Positions 1-9,196 of a stretch of 35,010 nucleotides of DNA are shown here, in pieces. Origin of the DNA: a virus (lineage: Duplodnaviria > Heunggongvirae > Uroviricota > Caudoviricetes); IMG/VR virus record IMGVR_UViG_3300045988_019110, positions 1-35,010 of that record; one strand, written 5' to 3'. The notes under the pieces were generated by a model. It did no database searches. It worked only from the letters and a program-made list of their open reading frames with translations, and was not told where the DNA came from. A program made the translations under genes and the position numbers. How positions within the stretch are numbered: the stretch's first letter is position 1; each line of letters begins with the position of its first letter.

Positions 1-23
1 CCCTATTATATTGGGGTGTGCAA
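1..23 (-). promoter_or_regulatory. truncated copy of the TTGCAY-17-TACTAT promoter family, oriented leftward out of the window
   Basis: Bases 1-24 (ccctattatattggggtgtgcaag) match 34811-34834 and the reverse complement of 21713-21735; the -10 would lie beyond the window edge. Confidence 0.3.
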
Positions 24-130
24 GTAGTGTGCTAGAATAAGTTTGCGCCTAGTGTCGCACACGAAAAGCGGGTGGTTCCCGTCTGGCGCGTCAATCTTAA
101 CCTGTAACCTCTTAACCAAAGGATTAAAGA

Positions 131-547
131 ATGAAACTTTCTGATTTTTATTTTGCCGATAAACACGCAGAAGGCCGCCGTATGCCCATTTTACTGCCGA
201 GTGGTGAAGACTCCGGTGAATGGTTGCAGGTGATGGGGCCTGATTGTGACGTAGCGGTTCGCGCCGGGCGCGCCTTTGTATCGGCTAACTTCGCGTTGAA
301 AGAGCAACTCGAAGAGCTTGATGCGAAATGCAAAGCAAAGAATGACTGGACCGAGTACAACGCAAAATATAACTGGATGGCGGAAGACCTAAACCGGCAA
401 CTGGCGGTTGAAGTTGTGACAGGCTGGTCCTTTGATGACGCGTTCTCTAAAGAGGCTCTGGCGGAACTACTCGGTCAGTACCGAGGGCTCGCGGAAGAAG
501 TGGTTAAATACCACACCAAGCTCCGAGAAGAATTATCGGTAAAGTAG
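131..547 (+). CDS. tail assembly chaperone (gpG-like position)
   Basis: 138-aa ORF immediately upstream of the tape measure gene; assignment by synteny only. Confidence 0.45.
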   Translation: MKLSDFYFADKHAEGRRMPILLPSGEDSGEWLQVMGPDCDVAVRAGRAFVSANFALKEQLEELDAKCKAKNDWTEYNAKYNWMAEDLNRQLAVEVVTGWSFDDAFSKEALAELLGQYRGLAEEVVKYHTKLREELSVK

Positions 548-555
548 ACGCGCTG

Positions 556-909
556 TTGAAATATTTTTCGTGGCTCTATATCGAACGACAGAAGAAGCAG
601 AAGTTTGATGATATATCTAAGGGCCACGAAGCGGCGTTAGTAGCGATGGGTATTATCGAAAAGGCGGAACGTAAGGAGCTAAAAGGCCCGGAGTGTCCGC
701 CTGTTTTTTACCCGTTACTAGCTAAATACCGCGCCATTAAATTTCAACAGCGCGAAACAGCAGACCAGGTAGTTGTCTACCCGAGGGGGATGCTATCATG
801 GGGTGACTTACAGGACTTCAAGGCAGCTACCGGGACAGACGTTAGTTTCTTTGAAGCGGATTTAATTATGGCGCTAGACGCCGTGTTCGAGGGCCGAGAC
901 GATGGCTGA
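556..909 (+). CDS. possible -1 frame extension of the tail assembly chaperone (gpGT-like) or separate small protein
   Basis: -1 frame is open from 451; track start is TTG; 3' end overlaps the tape measure start (ATGGCTGA); no canonical slippery heptamer found. Confidence 0.3.
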   Translation: MKYFSWLYIERQKKQKFDDISKGHEAALVAMGIIEKAERKELKGPECPPVFYPLLAKYRAIKFQQRETADQVVVYPRGMLSWGDLQDFKAATGTDVSFFEADLIMALDAVFEGRDDG

Positions 910-3232
910 TACCGCATCGCTGGTGGCGAGAGTAACGGCGGAAGGCGCCGCTACTGCCGCCAAGCAATTAGATAACTTTGCCGCAAGTGCAACAAAGGCC
1001 GAAGCCGCTACCGATAAAATGACTCCAGCGGTTAAAGAAGCCGCGGCAACTACCCCTAAATTCGGAAGCGCAGTAACAAACGTTTCCTACCAGTTGCAGG
1101 ACTTTATCGTCCAGGTAAGCAGCGGGCAGTCCGCTTTACTTGCATTTAGTCAACAAGCGCCACAATTGTTGTCCGGCTTCGGCGCACTTGGAGCTGTGCT
1201 TGGTATCACCGCGGCTGCTACCAGTGTGTTGTATAACGCTTTTGGCTCGACTAACGAAGCCACTAAAAACCTTGAGTCATCTACTAAGGCCCTTAACGCC
1301 GTTATCCAGACATCTAAAACCGGCGTCACGGAGTTATCTGACAGTTACATCCAACTGGCTACCGGCGTAGAAACGGCAACCGCGTCACAGGCACAACTTG
1401 AAGCGGGCATTGCTGGCGCGGAAAACACGATTGCGGCTATGAACGCTAAGCTGAAAGAGACGGCTGACATTAGTTATTTGATGTCTGGTTCTATCACTGG
1501 CGCTAATGATTCTCTGCAAAAAGGGCAAACCAACACATCCAGTTACACTGGATTCCTGTCGAGTCTGGCGGACCAGTTCGGTGTAACAAAACAGCAGGCG
1601 GAAGAGTTAATCCCGTTACTGGCGAGTGTAGCTGAGAAGCCTACACAAGATAACGTGCTGGCGCTTACCACTCGTATGGGCGAGCTTAGCTCGGCTACAG
1701 ACAGCAAAGTTACCCCGGCGTTTCGTAATTTCCGCGCAGAGCTTCTCAACGCGATTGCTACACAAGACACTGCTAAAAAGTCGTTAGATATTCTCAAGGC
1801 GGCACAATTAGGCCAGGCAGAAGCAACTAACTCCAGCACCGAAGCAACTAAGCAGAACATCACTAAGATGATTGAGTATGCTCAGGCTCAGTTGCAGGGT
1901 GCTAAAGCTGTGCTCGCATTTAACGCTGCCCAGGACAAACAGCAATTTGCTCAGTCCGGTGCTACCGCAGAGCAGATAGCGCAGTACAACGAATTAATCA
2001 ACAAGCAGTACGAGAAAGACGTTGCCAACTACGATGCTGCGCAGCAGAAGAAAGCAGAGGCCGAAGCTAAATCGGCAGCGGCCCGCGCTAAGTCCGAAGC
2101 CGACCGACAAGCCGCGCAGGAAAAACAGGCAGATGCTTTCCTAGCGTCGCTAGAGAGAGGGCAGAGCGACCAGCTAAAAGCTATAGACGCTGCGGAATCC
2201 CAAAAGCTACAGACACTTGATGATTATCGGGCTAAAGATTTAGTAAGCCAGCAGGAGTATGAGGCGGCTAGGCTACTTATCACTACTGACGCCGCCCGGG
2301 CACGACAGAAAGTAGAAGACAGCGTCACACAGAAGCAACAAAAAATAACAGCGTCTGTGGACCCGATAGCTAAGTTGCAACAGGAGCGTGAAGCTCGTCT
2401 TAAGGTGATTGATGAGTATGAGCAGCTTGAGACCGCCAATCATGAAACAGCGTTAGCCGCGCGACAAGCTGCGGAAAACACTTACAACGAGGGGCTGCGC
2501 GCCGCCGCTGAGGAGAACTTCCGCGCACAAAGTATGTGGAACGATATGCTGCTTGATGGGTTGGATGCGGTTGCCGGTGCGACTACGAACAGTATAGTCG
2601 GTCTTCTCAACGGCACCCAATCTGCGGAGGAGGCCGCTAAGAACCTTGGCAATGCGTTGCTGTCTTCTGTAGTAGGTAGCCTGGTAGAAATGGGTGCGCA
2701 GTACCTCACAAATATGATTATCGGTCAGACGGCTAACGCCGCTATGGTTGCTTCGTCCGTTGCATCAGGCACTGCCGTCGCCGCGGCATGGGCACCAGCC
2801 GCTGCTATGGCGTCTTTGGCATCCTTTGGGGCTAACGCCGCGCCGGCAGCAGCCGGTATTTCTTCGACCACAGCATTGGCTGCAGGATTAGCACTAACTG
2901 GCGTGCGTGAGCAAGGAGGCCAAATGAACGCTGGCGGCAGCTACCTGGTTGGGGAGCGTGGCCCTGAGATTATCAGGATGCCAGGGGCCGGGCGCGCGGT
3001 GAACGCAAGCCAAACACGGCAACAGTTAAATGGCAACAGTAGCAGAAATGGTGGCGATAACGTCACCATCGTCAACAACACCACCGGACGCGTTGATTCT
3101 GCCGTAACGGAACGTGATGACGAAGGTCGTTTACGTATTATAATCAGTGAAACAGTAGCGTCGCAGTTACAGGATAACAACTCACCGATTTCTAAAGCTC
3201 GCCGCGCTACCCGCGGTCAGCCTGGGTATTAA
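902..3232 (+). CDS. tail tape measure protein
   Basis: 776-aa Ala/Gln-rich, coiled-coil-like protein with Gly/Ala-rich hydrophobic segment near the C-terminus; position after chaperone ORFs. Confidence 0.85.
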   Translation: MADTASLVARVTAEGAATAAKQLDNFAASATKAEAATDKMTPAVKEAAATTPKFGSAVTNVSYQLQDFIVQVSSGQSALLAFSQQAPQLLSGFGALGAVLGITAAATSVLYNAFGSTNEATKNLESSTKALNAVIQTSKTGVTELSDSYIQLATGVETATASQAQLEAGIAGAENTIAAMNAKLKETADISYLMSGSITGANDSLQKGQTNTSSYTGFLSSLADQFGVTKQQAEELIPLLASVAEKPTQDNVLALTTRMGELSSATDSKVTPAFRNFRAELLNAIATQDTAKKSLDILKAAQLGQAEATNSSTEATKQNITKMIEYAQAQLQGAKAVLAFNAAQDKQQFAQSGATAEQIAQYNELINKQYEKDVANYDAAQQKKAEAEAKSAAARAKSEADRQAAQEKQADAFLASLERGQSDQLKAIDAAESQKLQTLDDYRAKDLVSQQEYEAARLLITTDAARARQKVEDSVTQKQQKITASVDPIAKLQQEREARLKVIDEYEQLETANHETALAARQAAENTYNEGLRAAAEENFRAQSMWNDMLLDGLDAVAGATTNSIVGLLNGTQSAEEAAKNLGNALLSSVVGSLVEMGAQYLTNMIIGQTANAAMVASSVASGTAVAAAWAPAAAMASLASFGANAAPAAAGISSTTALAAGLALTGVREQGGQMNAGGSYLVGERGPEIIRMPGAGRAVNASQTRQQLNGNSSRNGGDNVTIVNNTTGRVDSAVTERDDEGRLRIIISETVASQLQDNNSPISKARRATRGQPGY

Positions 3233-3235
3233 ACT

Positions 3236-3730
3236 ATGTCTTCTTTAAGATTCCCTATGTCCCTTCGTCCGATAGTGTCGAAGGGGTACTCCCAGACCAG
3301 AGGGGGTAATATCTGGCGCACCGAGGTTCAGGGCGGATTACCTCGTCAGGGGCGAGACACGTACTTTGAGCCGGTGCCGATTAGCGTGACGCTTGTCGTG
3401 TCTTCTCTCGGGCGTCAGGCGTTTTATAGCTTCCTGAACAACATCGACGGCGGGGCGTCCTCGTTTATCATGCCGCATGATACGGGTATGGGCATCGAGG
3501 ACCACCAGGTACTTATCACGTCAACGATTAGTGACAGCACCGACGATGGCAAGAACTGGGTCATTACTTTCACCGCCACGGCAGAGCGCACAGCAATTCA
3601 GGAAGATACATGTCTTACGAAGAATCTGCCTGATTTGTTCGGCTGCTATGGGGATTGCTTAGGCGGATTCCTTAAAGCATACGGAACCGCGCAATCAACG
3701 TTTCCACGAATTTGGGACCCGATGCAATGA
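3236..3730 (+). CDS. minor tail protein (gpM-like position)
   Basis: 164-aa ORF directly after the tape measure gene; synteny. Confidence 0.45.
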   Translation: MSSLRFPMSLRPIVSKGYSQTRGGNIWRTEVQGGLPRQGRDTYFEPVPISVTLVVSSLGRQAFYSFLNNIDGGASSFIMPHDTGMGIEDHQVLITSTISDSTDDGKNWVITFTATAERTAIQEDTCLTKNLPDLFGCYGDCLGGFLKAYGTAQSTFPRIWDPMQ

Positions 3731-4242
3731 GCCAGGAATCAGTAGAAGCCGCATATCGCCGTAAACTGGCATCTAACCCGGACGGCGAACTGGATTACAT
3801 TACTCTTGAAATAACGCACCCGCTTCTCTCGAAGCGGTGGTTACTCGTGCGTGGGACGTCTGACCTTACCGCCACTCTTGAAACTGGCGAAACTGTTACG
3901 TTCGAGGCCACGCCTATGGACGCCAAGAACGCCGCAAACAATAATGACATGGACCAGACGGCCTCGTTCTCACTGCCAGATGTTCTTAACATTCTCGATG
4001 AAGAGATGGACCGCATCCCGTATAGCAATACAGAGTTACCTAAATTCATATTCCGCCGTTATGTAAGCACGGACCTGTCGTACCCGTGCGATGGCCCGGT
4101 GATATACGAATTGCAGACGTTGACGCAAGAAAAAGGCGTGTTCACCGCCGAGACCGGAACGCCTATGCTCAACCAACGGCAGACAGGAATCCTGATGACG
4201 CCGGAAGAAATACCACTGTTGCGAGGGGTACTTTTGTCATGA
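3727..4242 (+). CDS. minor tail protein (gpL-like position)
   Basis: ATG at 3727 overlaps upstream stop (ATGA); N-terminus MSQESVEAAYRR; synteny. Confidence 0.45.
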   Translation: MSQESVEAAYRRKLASNPDGELDYITLEITHPLLSKRWLLVRGTSDLTATLETGETVTFEATPMDAKNAANNNDMDQTASFSLPDVLNILDEEMDRIPYSNTELPKFIFRRYVSTDLSYPCDGPVIYELQTLTQEKGVFTAETGTPMLNQRQTGILMTPEEIPLLRGVLLS

Positions 4243-4604
4243 GTATCACTGACTATACGGGCCTCCCTTATGACTTCCGTCGTTACAATTGTTGGCATCA
4301 CGTACGCAGGGTGCGCGGCGATGTTGGCCTAGCTACCCCGACTTTCGACGTAACATCACCAACTGCGATAGCCTCGGCGTTTGATGCAGGACACTCCGAC
4401 CCGAAAGGTCTGGAACGTGCCGCCAGTCCGCAGAATTATGATGCCGTGTTGCTTGGCACTTATCACAGGGGGCGTGTAGTGTGGCACGCAGGCGTGTATT
4501 ATGACGGTATGGTAAGCCACTGTGAGTTAGCGTCCAGACAAGTGCGTCTCGACCGCCTGGACGATTTGCGCGACACATATCAGGAGATTGAATTTTGGCG
4601 ATAG
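4239..4604 (+). CDS. tail assembly protein, NlpC/P60-like (gpK-like)
   Basis: ATG at 4239 overlaps upstream stop (ATGA); YNCWHHV motif with Cys/His typical of NlpC/P60 peptidase fold; synteny. Confidence 0.5.
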   Translation: MSITDYTGLPYDFRRYNCWHHVRRVRGDVGLATPTFDVTSPTAIASAFDAGHSDPKGLERAASPQNYDAVLLGTYHRGRVVWHAGVYYDGMVSHCELASRQVRLDRLDDLRDTYQEIEFWR

Positions 4605-7144
4605 TCATCCACTACACCCGCAACGAAGACGGGACGTTCTCGCAAAAACGGCATAACGACTCGCCGCTGAATTTCGTCGTAAACCATATCCCTGATGGTG
4701 TACCGTTTCGCGTTTTCCTCGAAGAGATAGGAGAGGATAACGACGTAACAGAAGATTTCGACGCATTAAAACAGGATGCCGTTTTCCACATCCTGGAGGG
4801 GGCTGGGGGCGGCGCTATCAAGGGTGTGATGAAAGTGTTCAGTATAATCCTTAAACCGCTGGCTAAATTACTCACACCGTCAACAAAGGGCGCGTCTAAC
4901 AATCTCGCTAACCAGCAAGCGGACTCGCCGAATAACAGCCTGACAGACCGAAATAACAAGGCCCGACCATACGAGCGAACTTATGACATCTGCGGCCGGG
5001 TGCAGACGATACCTAATAACCTTATGACCACCTATAAGGTTTTCGATAATGCAGGACGTATCATCGAGTACGGCTACTATGACGCCGGGCGTGGGTATCT
5101 TGACGTTAAAGCAGAAGACATCACCGACGGTGACACCAAAGTCCAGGAGATAACCGGAACTTCTGTAGCGGTGTATGCCCCGTACACATCACCCAATAAC
5201 ACAAGCTCTCCGCAACTTCTTGTTGGCGAACCTATCGACCAAAAGTTGTATATCACCATCGCATCTAATGAAGTAGACGGTGCGGTACTGAAAGCTCAAA
5301 ACGGCATAAGAGTAAACCCAAGCGATACCGGAGAGATATCACTGCAAGGGACAACAGGCATTGTACGTGATGCAACCGGGGATTCCGCGTTTACAGAAAT
5401 TCTGTCAGTTGGCGATGTGGCCGTTTTCAATCTCATTCTGGTAAAAGATGTTGCCAACGTAAGCGGCAATTATACAGTTACTTACGTCGATGATTTCGAG
5501 GTTAGAGTCGCTGTAGGGGGTATGCTCACCGAATGGCAGAAGTTGCCGTCTGGTTTTACCCAGCTGACACAGGGCAATGAGGCGTGGATTTCACCCTCAA
5601 ACACATATGATAAGTCATTGACGGACTGGACGACGCTAAACCGTCTGCCGGTAGAGCGCATCGTTGCTAATATCGCCGCCGCTAATGGCATGTATAAAGA
5701 CAATGGCAGTAAACTAAGGGCCTCTGTCACCGTCGAGTTGCAGTACCAGTTACTAGATGCAACCGGAACGCCTTACGGGCCTGTATATAGTAAGCAGGGC
5801 ACCATCTCAGGGCGCTCTTCTGATTACACCGGTGTGACAATCTACGCGGACCTGCCATCGGCGTCTAATGTTCGTGTACGGGCGCGCAGGGTGACAAATC
5901 TTGACCTTGCTTTCGAGGGTACAGTCGTAGACGAGGTTTCGTATATAAACCTGTACGGGCAAATACGCGACACCACACCTAACTACGGCAACAGAACCAC
6001 CGTACATTCCGCGCGTAAACAGACGCCCAGGGCCGCAGAGGTTAAACAGCCACAATTGCGAATGGTGGTAACTGAGATGGCGTACAAGTACCTCGGTAAC
6101 GGTGTTTTTGACTCTGTAAGAACGCCAAACACGCAAGCGGTACAGTCGCTGATTCGTCTCGCCCGTGACCCGGATGTCGGCGCGTTGAATCTGACAACGG
6201 CGAATATGGATAAACTGTTAGCAGTACAGAGCGAAATTGAGAGTTATTTCGGTAGTGCATCCGCAGGAGAATTTTGCTATACGTTTGATGATTACAAAAC
6301 TACGATGCAGGACATAGTAACTACGATAGCGGAAGCAATTTTCTGTACCCCATATCGAAGAGGTGCAGATATTCTTCTGGACTTTGAACGCCCGCGGATT
6401 GGCCCCGAGATGGTATTCACCCATCGCAGCAAAACTACCGCTACGGAGAAGTGGACGCGCACGTTTAACGACGCTCAGGTATACGACAGCCTTAAGTTTT
6501 CCTACATCGACCCAGATACTAACGTCAAAGAGACTATTAGCATTCCAGCTGAAGGTGGTGTTAATACCGAAACGTATGACTCCAAAGGTATACGTAATTA
6601 TCGTCAGGCGTACTGGGCGGCGTACCGTCGGTATCAGAAGAACCTGTTGAAGAAAGTCACGGTATCCTTTACGGCGACAGAAGAAGGGATTTTTGCGATG
6701 CCCGGGCGCGCGGTAAGTGTGGTGAAAGGTTCTCGCATGGCCCCTCAGGATGGCTATATAATCGCCGTTAACGGCCTGACGCTTACGCTATCGCAACCAG
6801 TTACATTTACCCACGGAGATGACCATTCACTCATCCTTAAGAAGCGTGATGGCGGTGTTCAGAGTGTTGCAGTTGTGCCAGGAAGTCACGACCGTGAAGT
6901 GATTATGTTATCCGCGCCGCAGGAGGCAATTTACACAGGGAATAGCGCACTAAAAACTGAGTTTTCATTCGGCAACGAAGCAAGGCATAATGCTCAGATG
7001 ATTCTTGTTTCTACAGTTGACCCGGCAGACGACAGAACAGTTAAGATTACCGGGATTAACTATGAAGCAGATTTCTATAAATACGACGGCGTCGCACCTT
7101 TCGGTAGCGGTTTCTCCGACGGATTCAGCAACGGTTTTAGTTAA
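4595..7144 (+). CDS. tail tip / host specificity protein with gpI-like N-terminal region
   Basis: 849-aa ORF after the gpK-like gene; N-terminal Gly-rich hydrophobic stretch (EGAGGGAIKGVMKVFSIIL) resembles lambda gpI; track start is TTG. Confidence 0.5.
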   Translation: MAIVIHYTRNEDGTFSQKRHNDSPLNFVVNHIPDGVPFRVFLEEIGEDNDVTEDFDALKQDAVFHILEGAGGGAIKGVMKVFSIILKPLAKLLTPSTKGASNNLANQQADSPNNSLTDRNNKARPYERTYDICGRVQTIPNNLMTTYKVFDNAGRIIEYGYYDAGRGYLDVKAEDITDGDTKVQEITGTSVAVYAPYTSPNNTSSPQLLVGEPIDQKLYITIASNEVDGAVLKAQNGIRVNPSDTGEISLQGTTGIVRDATGDSAFTEILSVGDVAVFNLILVKDVANVSGNYTVTYVDDFEVRVAVGGMLTEWQKLPSGFTQLTQGNEAWISPSNTYDKSLTDWTTLNRLPVERIVANIAAANGMYKDNGSKLRASVTVELQYQLLDATGTPYGPVYSKQGTISGRSSDYTGVTIYADLPSASNVRVRARRVTNLDLAFEGTVVDEVSYINLYGQIRDTTPNYGNRTTVHSARKQTPRAAEVKQPQLRMVVTEMAYKYLGNGVFDSVRTPNTQAVQSLIRLARDPDVGALNLTTANMDKLLAVQSEIESYFGSASAGEFCYTFDDYKTTMQDIVTTIAEAIFCTPYRRGADILLDFERPRIGPEMVFTHRSKTTATEKWTRTFNDAQVYDSLKFSYIDPDTNVKETISIPAEGGVNTETYDSKGIRNYRQAYWAAYRRYQKNLLKKVTVSFTATEEGIFAMPGRAVSVVKGSRMAPQDGYIIAVNGLTLTLSQPVTFTHGDDHSLILKKRDGGVQSVAVVPGSHDREVIMLSAPQEAIYTGNSALKTEFSFGNEARHNAQMILVSTVDPADDRTVKITGINYEADFYKYDGVAPFGSGFSDGFSNGFS

Positions 7145-7156
7145 AGAGGACTCTAT

Positions 7157-9031
7157 ATGTCAAGCGGATGCGGTGACGTTTTAAGCCTGGCGGATTTACA
7201 GACCGCCAAGAAACACCAGATTTTCGAAGCTGAAGTCATCACTGGTAAATCCGGTGGTGTTGCAGGTGGTGCGGATATTGATTATGCAACTAACCAGGTT
7301 ACCGGGCAGACGCAGAAGACCCTCCCAGCTGTTCTTCGCGATGCCGGGTTTTCTCCTGTGTCGTGGGATTTCTCAACAGGCGGCACACTGACTGCCGCCG
7401 ACCGTGGCAAAGTTGTCTATGACCCCGTAAGTAAAACGTGGTATTCGTACGCAGGTACGTTGCCTGTTGTGGTTCCTGCATCCTTTAACCCGGTTGGTAA
7501 CGCGGACTGGAAGCCTCAGACTGACCCAAAATTGCGTACTGATTTGGCTAACACATCGAATGAAGCCTTGGGTGACGCATTAATTGGAACAAAGCAGCCT
7601 TTCACAAACTCATCTTCTCGCACTCAGCACGATAAAAACCTTGATAGAGTTAGTATTCTTGATTTTTTAGGGGCAAAAGGTGATGGAGTTACTGACTGCA
7701 CGGCAGCAATACAGGCCGCAGCCAATTATTCAAAAGCCTCCGGTAAGGCGATATATTTCCCGGCTGGAAACTATCTGATTAAAAACTCAATTAGCATTCC
7801 AGTTGGCGATCATTACAGTAAGAACGGTGTTGTTTTTATCGGTGATGGGAAAGGTTCTACGCGTATTACCAAGGATACTGTTGGAACCATCAACGCAACA
7901 TATAACGCTATCTTCTTGGTTGATGAGGGTTACAACTTCACGCTCAAAGGAATCTTGTTATATGACCAGACAGATGAATCTTTCGGCGTAGTTTTCACTA
8001 GCTGGTTTAGCGGATTCTATGCAGATGATTTCTATACTTTCGTAACCCATACCGGGATTTTGTGCGTTGGCGACTTTTTTATAAACAGCATTACGAATGG
8101 GATGCTTGATGGGGGACAAAATGGTTTCTATATGGCTAAATCAGGCACCACAAACCAATTTGACGGTCTATTTGCCGCAGGGCAATCCGGATACGGCTTC
8201 CAGTTAACTGGTGGATACTCCCGGGTCGGTGCGCTTGCGTGTGACAGCTGTAAAGGCACTCCGTACCATTTCAAAGGATTCATCGGCTCTGTCGGCAGCC
8301 TCGGCGCAGAAAATCCAGATGATTATCGTCAGGATGGTATCGTTAAATTGTCTGTGGCATCCCAGGTAGTAATCGACAAAGTATATACCGTTGCCATTCA
8401 CCTGAAAGACACCGCTTCATTTATATCTCTTGCTGGTGACTGTACTCTTACGCTTAACGAGCTGATTATTTCTGGCGGGCAGTCTACCGGGTACTTATAC
8501 GACGTTATCGCCAACTCGTACTTGACGCTGGGCGTAAAGATGCCGGATGGCTTTACTTTGAAGGGTAACAGGTCAGAGGGCGTTGTTTTTACCGGGCGAT
8601 TTGGGGACGATGTTCGACATTTCAAAAACAGTAACATGGACGTATCATGGCTTGGCCGTTATGACCTTTATGGTAAATCATACTCAGCTGCATTTCCTAA
8701 GGCTATCCACTTAAATAGTTATGGTCAGCCACGCAGGGCCGGTGCTGACGGTTCTGTTAACAATGACTATGCAGTTAGACCTAATCGTGGTGACATATTT
8801 CTGGAGAATAACCCAGCAGTTAATCCGTCTGCTGGTTACATAATTCTTAACCCTGGCTCAGGGTCTTTGATGGATGCAACATATGCGAGCATTCCTATCC
8901 GTATAGGTGGAACGACAGCACAGAGACCAGTAAAACCGCCACAGACCACAATGTATTTCGATATGACACTTGGGAAGCCAGTCTGGTATTACGGAACTGG
9001 CTGGGTTGATGCTACTGGAGCTACGGTATAA
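7157..9031 (+). CDS. tailspike protein with pectate-lyase-like right-handed beta-helix (polysaccharide depolymerase candidate)
   Basis: 624 aa; N-terminal virion-anchor-like region; FLGAKGDGVTDCTAAIQAAANYS motif typical of pectate-lyase-superfamily depolymerases; RBS aagagga upstream. Confidence 0.7.
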   Translation: MSSGCGDVLSLADLQTAKKHQIFEAEVITGKSGGVAGGADIDYATNQVTGQTQKTLPAVLRDAGFSPVSWDFSTGGTLTAADRGKVVYDPVSKTWYSYAGTLPVVVPASFNPVGNADWKPQTDPKLRTDLANTSNEALGDALIGTKQPFTNSSSRTQHDKNLDRVSILDFLGAKGDGVTDCTAAIQAAANYSKASGKAIYFPAGNYLIKNSISIPVGDHYSKNGVVFIGDGKGSTRITKDTVGTINATYNAIFLVDEGYNFTLKGILLYDQTDESFGVVFTSWFSGFYADDFYTFVTHTGILCVGDFFINSITNGMLDGGQNGFYMAKSGTTNQFDGLFAAGQSGYGFQLTGGYSRVGALACDSCKGTPYHFKGFIGSVGSLGAENPDDYRQDGIVKLSVASQVVIDKVYTVAIHLKDTASFISLAGDCTLTLNELIISGGQSTGYLYDVIANSYLTLGVKMPDGFTLKGNRSEGVVFTGRFGDDVRHFKNSNMDVSWLGRYDLYGKSYSAAFPKAIHLNSYGQPRRAGADGSVNNDYAVRPNRGDIFLENNPAVNPSAGYIILNPGSGSLMDATYASIPIRIGGTTAQRPVKPPQTTMYFDMTLGKPVWYYGTGWVDATGATV

Positions 9032-9036
9032 TGTAA

Positions 9037-9056
9037 GGCCCCTCACGGGGCCTTTT
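9037..9056 (+). terminator. rho-independent terminator between convergent tail and replication modules
   Basis: GGCCCC-tcac-GGGGCC hairpin followed by TTTT, directly after the tailspike stop. Confidence 0.5.
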
Positions 9057-9058
9057 CT

Positions 9059-9196
9059 CTACTCTTCTGATAACTTCTCCAGTACAAACGCCAGTTGCGC
9101 ATTAGCGGCGTCTCTTTGCTGCCGTAGTCGTAGAACCTCCTCTTCGAGTTCCTTGATACGTTTTTGCAATGCCGGAATCGGGGCTGTGATGTTCAT
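9059..9196 (-). CDS. small coiled-coil protein (45 aa), last gene of leftward operon
   Basis: ATG overlaps the SNF2 helicase stop (ATGA coupling); heptad-like MNITAPIPALQKRIKELEEEVLRLRQQRD; not in ORF track (<60 aa). Confidence 0.3.
   Translation of the reverse strand: MNITAPIPALQKRIKELEEEVLRLRQQRDAANAQLAFVLEKLSEE

Noticed and set aside
1140-3180. ORFs inside the tape measure gene on either strand or in other frames (1140..1370, 1543..1863, 2224..2439, 2482..2709, 2941..3180)
   Set aside because: Fully contained within the long Ala-rich tape measure ORF; GC-rich repetitive coding sequence commonly leaves alternative frames open; no RBS context.
4086-4238. 5' extension of the NlpC/P60-like ORF
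   Set aside because: Overlaps the preceding gpL-like gene by over 150 nt; ATG at 4239 overlapping the upstream stop (ATGA) is the more parsimonious start.
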